NCBI GenBank assembly: GCA_965262675.1
Contig: OZ253554.1
Location: 2,132,640-2,196,639, forward strand
DNA: 64,000 bases
From: Terriglobia bacterium
Lineage (GTDB): Bacteria > Acidobacteriota > Terriglobia > 20CM-2-55-15
Reading direction: 5' to 3'
This document shows, in pieces, positions 59,205 to 64,000 of the stretch; positions within the stretch are counted from its first letter, which is position 1; each line of letters starts with the position of its first letter. The notes under the pieces were generated by a model, which was given only the letters and a program-made list of their open reading frames with translations, had not been told where the DNA came from and ran no database searches. The position numbers and the translations under genes are program-made.

Positions 59205-59380
59205 GGGAGAGTGTTTACGGTTGAGTCCGGCCTCGACGAAACCGGACCGTTGCTGCCGATCATACAACTGTTCGAAACCCGCCGGCAGCGGATAAGCGGT
59301 ATAAGCAGGGTCTGACGACTATCTCAGCACGGACAGTGTCGTCGTAAGCGTGTTGTGTTTACCCGCGCCGCGGCCGCCTC
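59205..59380 (+). repeat. composite repeat: R-type (~95 bp) immediately followed by C-type (~95 bp) direct repeat, copy C1
   Basis: ...ccggcagcggataagcggtataagcagggtctgacgactatctcagcacggacagtgtcgtcgtaagcgtgttgtgtttacccgcgccgcggccgcc. Confidence 0.7.
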
Positions 59381-59813
59381 AATCAGGTGTCGGCCCAGGA
59401 CCGCGCCCGACAGAACGACCAAGGGTTAGGGCGGGAGGACACGGAGAAAGCGTGCGGCGCCGAAATGGATCAGGATGCCGTCGATGAGCGTGAATGGGAA
59501 ATGAGCGTCGAGCCCGGCGTCCAGCAGTCACGCCTGGGCGGTCAACCCTGCGCCGCAGGGCTTTTCCCGGGCGCCTTGGGCGTCGACCAGTGAAACCCCG
59601 TGGCCAGCCAGAGCCAGGAGCCTCGAGGCCCGGGCGCTGGACAGCCCCCCACCAATGACGACTATCCGCACCGAGGCAAAGACTTCTTGGAATTTTCCAC
59701 GTCCAACACAAATATGACTGCGTGAGATTGTCAGCCGATCCCGACGGATCGGTGTGATAGTTCGCGGTGATGGCATCGAACCGACACGGCGGTGACTCGG
59801 AAGGGGGTGCGCA

Positions 59814-60350
59814 ATGAACGAGGCCGTAAGGCCGGTGATACCCGCCGACCATCCAATTGGGGCCGTTTTTCATGCCCTGGCCGAGCGCGGGCTGGGCCAA
59901 CGCGACATTCGCGACCGGGCGTCCGTTGTTTACGTCGGCAACTTGCTGGCCGAGTTGCTGCGAACCGACGACCTGTATCGCATGCGGGACTCCGACGGCC
60001 GTCGGATCGTGCACCTCGTCGACCTGGTGGCCGCCGCGGAGCGGAGCGCCGATGCGCGCGAGCGCAAACGCCGGTACCGTTACCTGGGCGACTTCACGCT
60101 GTTCATGCTGGGGCTGTTCCCGGAAAGCCTCGACCGGCCCCGGCGCCCCACCCGCCACGAGTACTATTCGGAGCAAGGCCGCCGGTCCTACCACATCGTG
60201 GCCGATTTGGCCTGGACCGACTCGGAACCCGACGTTTACCGCAGGCTCTCGGAACGCTACGAAGAGTACGTTCACGGGTTGAACTGGGTGAAGCGGTACA
60301 TCGAAGACCCGTTCTTCAAGTACATGTTCCGGGAATTCCACGTCACCTGA
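59814..60350 (+). CDS. hypothetical protein
   Basis: 178-aa ORF, high GC, no recognisable motifs. Confidence 0.45.
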   Translation: MNEAVRPVIPADHPIGAVFHALAERGLGQRDIRDRASVVYVGNLLAELLRTDDLYRMRDSDGRRIVHLVDLVAAAERSADARERKRRYRYLGDFTLFMLGLFPESLDRPRRPTRHEYYSEQGRRSYHIVADLAWTDSEPDVYRRLSERYEEYVHGLNWVKRYIEDPFFKYMFREFHVT

Positions 60351-60482
60351 GCCGAGCGCCGGAACGACGTCGGCAGGGCCATCCGGCGGAGCCAATCGTA
60401 ACCGCGCTTCATTTGATACTCTGATTCGTGACGTTACGCTAGATCGGTATCAACCAACCACGCAACCTCCCCCCAGAAAGGA

Positions 60483-61187
60483 TTGAACATGCACGGCCTG
60501 ACGGGCGGAAGCGGACTTGCTGACCAAACCACCAACCCTCAGCGTTCCGGCGAGTGGTTGCGATCCGGCAGGTGGTTGGCCGGGGTGGCTGGCGGCGCGA
60601 TCGCCTTTCCCGTCGCGGTGCTGGTTCACGAACTCGGGCACTTCGGGGCGTTCGCCGCGTTCGGATTCCCCGATCCGGTCCTGCGGTTCGCCTCGACCAG
60701 TTGGTCCGGATCCGGGGAGTTCGCCAGGCTCATGCGGGCGGGGGACTTGGAGGCTGCGGCGGCGCTTGTTCAACCTTGGCACGTGGCGGTCGGCGTGGCT
60801 GCAGGAGTGATTGTCACCTATCTGACAGTCATAGCCTGCGTGCTTGCGGTCCGCCGATTCGGCCCCGGCCCGCTTTCTCTGGTTCTCGGAGTCGGGCTGG
60901 TGGCCCCCATGCGCTGGCTGGGAGCGATTCCGATCCTCGCCTCAAAGCTCCGCGGTGAACTGCGATTCCCATCGGGCACGGACGAAGGTTGGTTGGCGGC
61001 GCTCACGGGGATCCCCGAGTCCCTACTCCTTCTACTCGGCCTCACCTGCTTCCTACTCGGATACTGGTTCCTCGTGACCGCCATCCCTCGCGGCCGGAGG
61101 ACGCGCGTCGTTGTCCCGACGTTGGTCGGCGCGGTTCTGGGTGGCGTCATGTGGGTGTTGTTGCTGGGGCCCCTGGTTCTGCCGTGA
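60483..61187 (+). CDS. integral membrane protein with an HExxH (VHELGH) motif, putative membrane metalloprotease
   Basis: Five or six hydrophobic segments. HELGH lies within the first TM region. Confidence 0.5.
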   Translation: MNMHGLTGGSGLADQTTNPQRSGEWLRSGRWLAGVAGGAIAFPVAVLVHELGHFGAFAAFGFPDPVLRFASTSWSGSGEFARLMRAGDLEAAAALVQPWHVAVGVAAGVIVTYLTVIACVLAVRRFGPGPLSLVLGVGLVAPMRWLGAIPILASKLRGELRFPSGTDEGWLAALTGIPESLLLLLGLTCFLLGYWFLVTAIPRGRRTRVVVPTLVGAVLGGVMWVLLLGPLVLP

Positions 61188-61284
61188 AGACCGCTCATCT
61201 GCGAGACGGCAGCTGGTGGGCCGCGATGGCTGGCGGCGCGGTTTCGATTGACGATTGACCGCGCGTCCGCGCAAGCCCACAAGT

Positions 61285-61812
61285 TCACGAGCGATAATCG
61301 TCGTCGTCCGGTCTCTCGACCTCTCGCCACATTTCTTCGGGCCCCAGCCTTGTTTCCAACCTCTGGTCGATCCAGTTCTGGTACCGCACGATGGCAAACG
61401 AATCCCACATGGCACGCGACCGACGCTGCTCCAAGCCTTTGTCGAAAAAGTTCTTGATCGAACCGTACCTGGCCAGTTGGGCGTCGGCGGCCTGCCGGTG
61501 AATCCCCAAGTCTAACTTCACATGCTGGGCGATCCGGCCGAGTATCTCGGATGGCTCCCAGTCGAACGTCCGTCCGACATCCGCCGCGAACTTCCTCCCG
61601 GAACGACTGGAACGCCACTTCACACACGTCCCGCAAACTGTGAACCGTTCTCCAGTGGGATCGACATCGTTCTGCGGGGTCCGTTCAACCGAATCCACAG
61701 TGAGCCAAGATTCGTCCAGGATGTCGCGGGTACACCACAGGCATGTGAAATCGTCGCGCAAATGGATGGCGAGCCGCTCGTTCGCGTCAATCATCGCTTT
61801 GCCATAAATCAC
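61285..61812 (-). CDS. HNH-like zinc-finger nuclease-fold protein (putative; first catalytic His not conserved)
   Basis: CLWCTRD ... TVDSVERTP.N ... CGTC arrangement resembles an HNH Cys4 scaffold. Confidence 0.35.
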   Translation of the reverse strand: MIYGKAMIDANERLAIHLRDDFTCLWCTRDILDESWLTVDSVERTPQNDVDPTGERFTVCGTCVKWRSSRSGRKFAADVGRTFDWEPSEILGRIAQHVKLDLGIHRQAADAQLARYGSIKNFFDKGLEQRRSRAMWDSFAIVRYQNWIDQRLETRLGPEEMWREVERPDDDDYRS

Positions 61813-61931
61813 TTCCCCACTCCTGGCTGCCCGGGCCGAAAGCGGCCAGCGCGCGGCCGGGGGCCATCGATCGTCAACCGCTTGCGCTCGACTTGGCCCG
61901 TGGCTGAAAATCGCTGAGGCGAGTATTTCGC

Positions 61932-62480
61932 ATGGATAGTGTGTTCGTCTATTGGGACAACTCCAACATCTTTCACGTAGCGCAGCGCTTCGCCGTCGTA
62001 CGCAACGAGGGTTCCAACGCCCGCGATCGCGCGCGGATCAACTTCGAGAACATACTGAGGTTGGCACCGACCGACCGGCCGCTCAAGAAGGCGTTGGCCG
62101 TGGGTTCAGTCCTTCCGGAACGACGGCAACTTTGGAATCGGCTGGACAGCTTGGGCGTGGACGTGAAGTTGTTCGACCGCGGGGAGCCCGGCCGCGGCGA
62201 GCAGAACATGCCCGATCGCGTCCTGCAATTGCGGATGCTGGAGGACGCACTGGACTACAACGGCGATCCCGGCATCGCGACGCTGCTGACGGGAGACGGC
62301 GCGGGGCACAGTGAGGGCGCGGGCTTTCACAGCACGTTGGAACGCATGCACAACCGCGGCTGGCGCGTCGAGATCCTCTCGTGGGCGCATTCCTGTAACC
62401 AACGGATGCGGAGCTGGGCGCAGGAAAACGGAATTTCGCGCCGTTGTACGATTTCTCCGGCGGATAAGCAGTATAAGTAG
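61932..62480 (+). CDS. NYN-domain (PIN-like RNase fold) protein
   Basis: SVFVYWDNSNIFH ... LLTGDGAG ... GWRVEILSW matches the NYN/LabA pattern. The last 9 codons and the stop lie inside repeat C2. Confidence 0.55.
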   Translation: MDSVFVYWDNSNIFHVAQRFAVVRNEGSNARDRARINFENILRLAPTDRPLKKALAVGSVLPERRQLWNRLDSLGVDVKLFDRGEPGRGEQNMPDRVLQLRMLEDALDYNGDPGIATLLTGDGAGHSEGAGFHSTLERMHNRGWRVEILSWAHSCNQRMRSWAQENGISRRCTISPADKQYK

Positions 62481-62550
62481 GGTCTGACGACTATCGCAGC
62501 ACGGATAGTGTTGTCGTAAGGGTGTCGTGTCTAGCCGCGGCGCGGACGCA
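62455..62550 (+). repeat. C-type ~95-bp direct repeat, copy C2
   Basis: ccggcggataagcagtataagtagggtctgacgactatcgcagcacggatagtgttgtcgtaagggtgtcgtgtctagccgcggcgcgg. Confidence 0.75.
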
Positions 62551-62631
62551 TGCCGTCGCGGCGGTCCGACGGGCGACACACTTGGTCCTGCCCTGACCTC
62601 GCCCGAGGATGACGAGGAGGAGACTCGAACT

Positions 62632-63639
62632 ATGGATGAAGGCTACCAGTGGCTCCAAAGCATTGCCGATCGAATGAACGATGACGTGGCAAAAGGGGCG
62701 GCGCCCAGACCCGAGCAGTTGACCGTGCGTCAGTTGCTGCAGAGGTTCGGCTATCATCGGCGGGGAGACGGGATCAACAGCCATATCCGCAACGGACTCG
62801 AGAAATTCAAGCTGCGAACGGATCAGGAGGTCACGGTTGCCTGGCTCGATTCCTCGATTACCATTGAACTCGATTCAGACGCACCGGGAGCGCCCGATAC
62901 GCCCCGAACGTCCGATCCCACGCATCGGGTTGCTGCGCTTGCGGCGGCGAACCGGAGACCCGCGAGGGTCAAACCGGAGAGTCCCCTGCGGGAAGCGACC
63001 ACGATCATGCAGATGAACGGCTACTCCCGCTTGCCCGTGATGAAGAACGAGCGGGACGTGTCCGGCATGGTTACCTGGCAGTCAATAGGTAGCCGCTTGG
63101 CACTCGGTCGGGAATGCACGTACGTTCGGCAGTGCATGGAGCCTGCGGAAGTTGCTCCGGGCACCACCAGGTTGTTCGACGCCATACGCATTGTCTCGAA
63201 ACACGGGTACGTGCTGGTGCGGGGTACAGACAGGACCATCACTGGTATGGTTACGGCGACGGATCTGACGGAACAGCTTGGGCAATTTGCGGGGCCGTTT
63301 CTGTTCGTCGGCGAGATCGAAGCGCACCTGAGGAATCTCATACACGGACATTTCACGCTCGAAGAGTTGCAGGCTGCGTCCGGTGACGATCGGCCCATAG
63401 AGGGTTCGTCCGACCTCACCTTCGGTGGGTACTGCCGGTTGCTGGCGAGTGCGGACAACTGGGAGCGTCTTGGCCTTGGCATCGATCGCGCGGAGTTCAT
63501 CCGGTGCCTGAATGCGGTGCGGGAAATGCGGAACGACGTCATGCACTTCAATCCGGACGGGCCAGGCGGCGATCAGCGCAAGACCCTGCAAAACGTTGCA
63601 CGCTTCTTCGACCAACTGGCTCGCATGATTGGCGGCTGA
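62632..63639 (+). CDS. CBS-pair + C-terminal HEPN (RNxxxH) domain protein, putative RNase toxin/abortive-infection type
   Basis: Two CBS motifs (LREATTIMQMNGYSRLPVM..; TRLFDAIRIVSKHGYVLVRG..) and AVREMRNDVMHFNPDG with an Rx4H HEPN signature. Preferred start MDEGYQWLQ at 62632. Confidence 0.5.
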   Translation: MDEGYQWLQSIADRMNDDVAKGAAPRPEQLTVRQLLQRFGYHRRGDGINSHIRNGLEKFKLRTDQEVTVAWLDSSITIELDSDAPGAPDTPRTSDPTHRVAALAAANRRPARVKPESPLREATTIMQMNGYSRLPVMKNERDVSGMVTWQSIGSRLALGRECTYVRQCMEPAEVAPGTTRLFDAIRIVSKHGYVLVRGTDRTITGMVTATDLTEQLGQFAGPFLFVGEIEAHLRNLIHGHFTLEELQAASGDDRPIEGSSDLTFGGYCRLLASADNWERLGLGIDRAEFIRCLNAVREMRNDVMHFNPDGPGGDQRKTLQNVARFFDQLARMIGG

Positions 63640-63647
63640 CACCTGGC

Positions 63648-63745
63648 GGCGGATAACCGGTATAAGCAGTGTCTGACGACTACCGCAGCACGGATAGTGT
63701 CGTCGTAAGGGTGTTGTGTCTACCCGCGCCGTGGCCGCAGGCCGT
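63648..63745 (+). repeat. C-type ~95-bp direct repeat, copy C3
   Basis: ggcggcggataaccggtataagcagtgtctgacgactaccgcagcacggatagtgtcgtcgtaagggtgttgtgtctacccgcgccgtggccgc. Confidence 0.75.
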
Positions 63746-63819
63746 CGAACGACCGTTTCCTTGACTGCCATCGGGGCGCTTCGTTACCTTTGGTCAGTTT
63801 CCGAGACATGGGAGGCTCC

Positions 63820-64000
63820 ATGATTCTGCGAAGAAGTACCCTGAGCAGGCTCACACTAACGAGGGTCATTGCCGCGGCGATTCTCTTGCTGGCGGGATGT
63901 TCAGGCGAGACGCCCGGGAGTGGAGACGAGATCGCCTCCGATACGGACGGGACTGTCGAAGCGGAAAACGTCCGACTGGTTGGATACAACGATCTCCAGG
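63820..64000 (+). CDS. 5' part of a lipoprotein gene (runs off the window end)
   Basis: GGAGG 5 nt upstream of ATG. MILRRSTLSRLTLTRVIAAAILLLAGCSGE with an LAGC lipobox. Confidence 0.4.
   Translation, partial: MILRRSTLSRLTLTRVIAAAILLLAGCSGETPGSGDEIASDTDGTVEAENVRLVGYNDLQ

Noticed and set aside
59285-63745. Integron gene-cassette array with attC sites
   Set aside because: The three ~95-bp repeats lack the RYYYAAC / GTTRRRY core sites on either strand and lack the extended R''-L''/L'-R' complementarity of attC. Several genes lie between consecutive repeats, and no intI gene is in the window. Kept only as a cassette-like analogy.

Overview
This is a high-GC bacterial chromosomal segment; GC is roughly 60-65% in the core genes, estimated by eye. 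The first ~27 kb is a largely housekeeping/catabolic backbone. It holds a GltD-like 3' fragment, aspartate kinase, a periplasmic FAH-family hydrolase + PQQ-dehydrogenase operon, a DUF5916-like outer-membrane protein, a cyclase-family protein, the conserved DUF1501/DUF1800 pair, an IorAB-like two-subunit molybdenum hydroxylase, and a five-gene minus-strand operon. That operon encodes a fused LigB/LigA extradiol (gallate-type) dioxygenase, an MBL hydrolase, a secreted hypothetical, a permease and a D-2-hydroxyacid dehydrogenase, and sits divergent to a secreted esterase. Later backbone genes are an MscS channel, a ~1055-aa TonB-dependent receptor divergent from a GAF-PAS-HisKA-HATPase-REC-wHTH hybrid kinase/regulator, and an M28 peptidase. 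Two lower-GC accessory islands interrupt this. The first (about 27.1-38.6 kb) carries Vsr and Dcm split by a MITE, a ~838-aa 2OG-Fe(II) oxygenase fusion protein, a DUF433 + PD-(D/E)xK/EVE-like nuclease pair, an Eco29kI-like GIY-YIG restriction enzyme with a small methyltransferase, two adjacent IS elements (IS1595 family and an IS4/IS1380-like DDE element) and a 5'-truncated HEPN gene. The second (about 53.9-63.8 kb) holds several small nuclease/toxin-like genes (PD-(D/E)xK, AAA+DUF4143, DinB-like, HNH-like, NYN, CBS-HEPN) punctuated by three ~95-bp direct repeats. Repeats are abundant throughout: a REP-like palindrome family (GCGGTC-NNNN-GACCGC cores) in tandem arrays, a ~90-230-bp MITE-like element in four copies, a ~1.2-kb segmental duplication flanking mscS with a 26-bp variable-number tandem repeat, and a frameshifted ISAs1-family element. 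No rRNA, tRNA or CRISPR array was found. The best candidate for an undescribed system is the oxygenase / DUF433 / PD-(D/E)xK-EVE module, which sits between Dcm-Vsr and the Eco29kI-like R-M pair.
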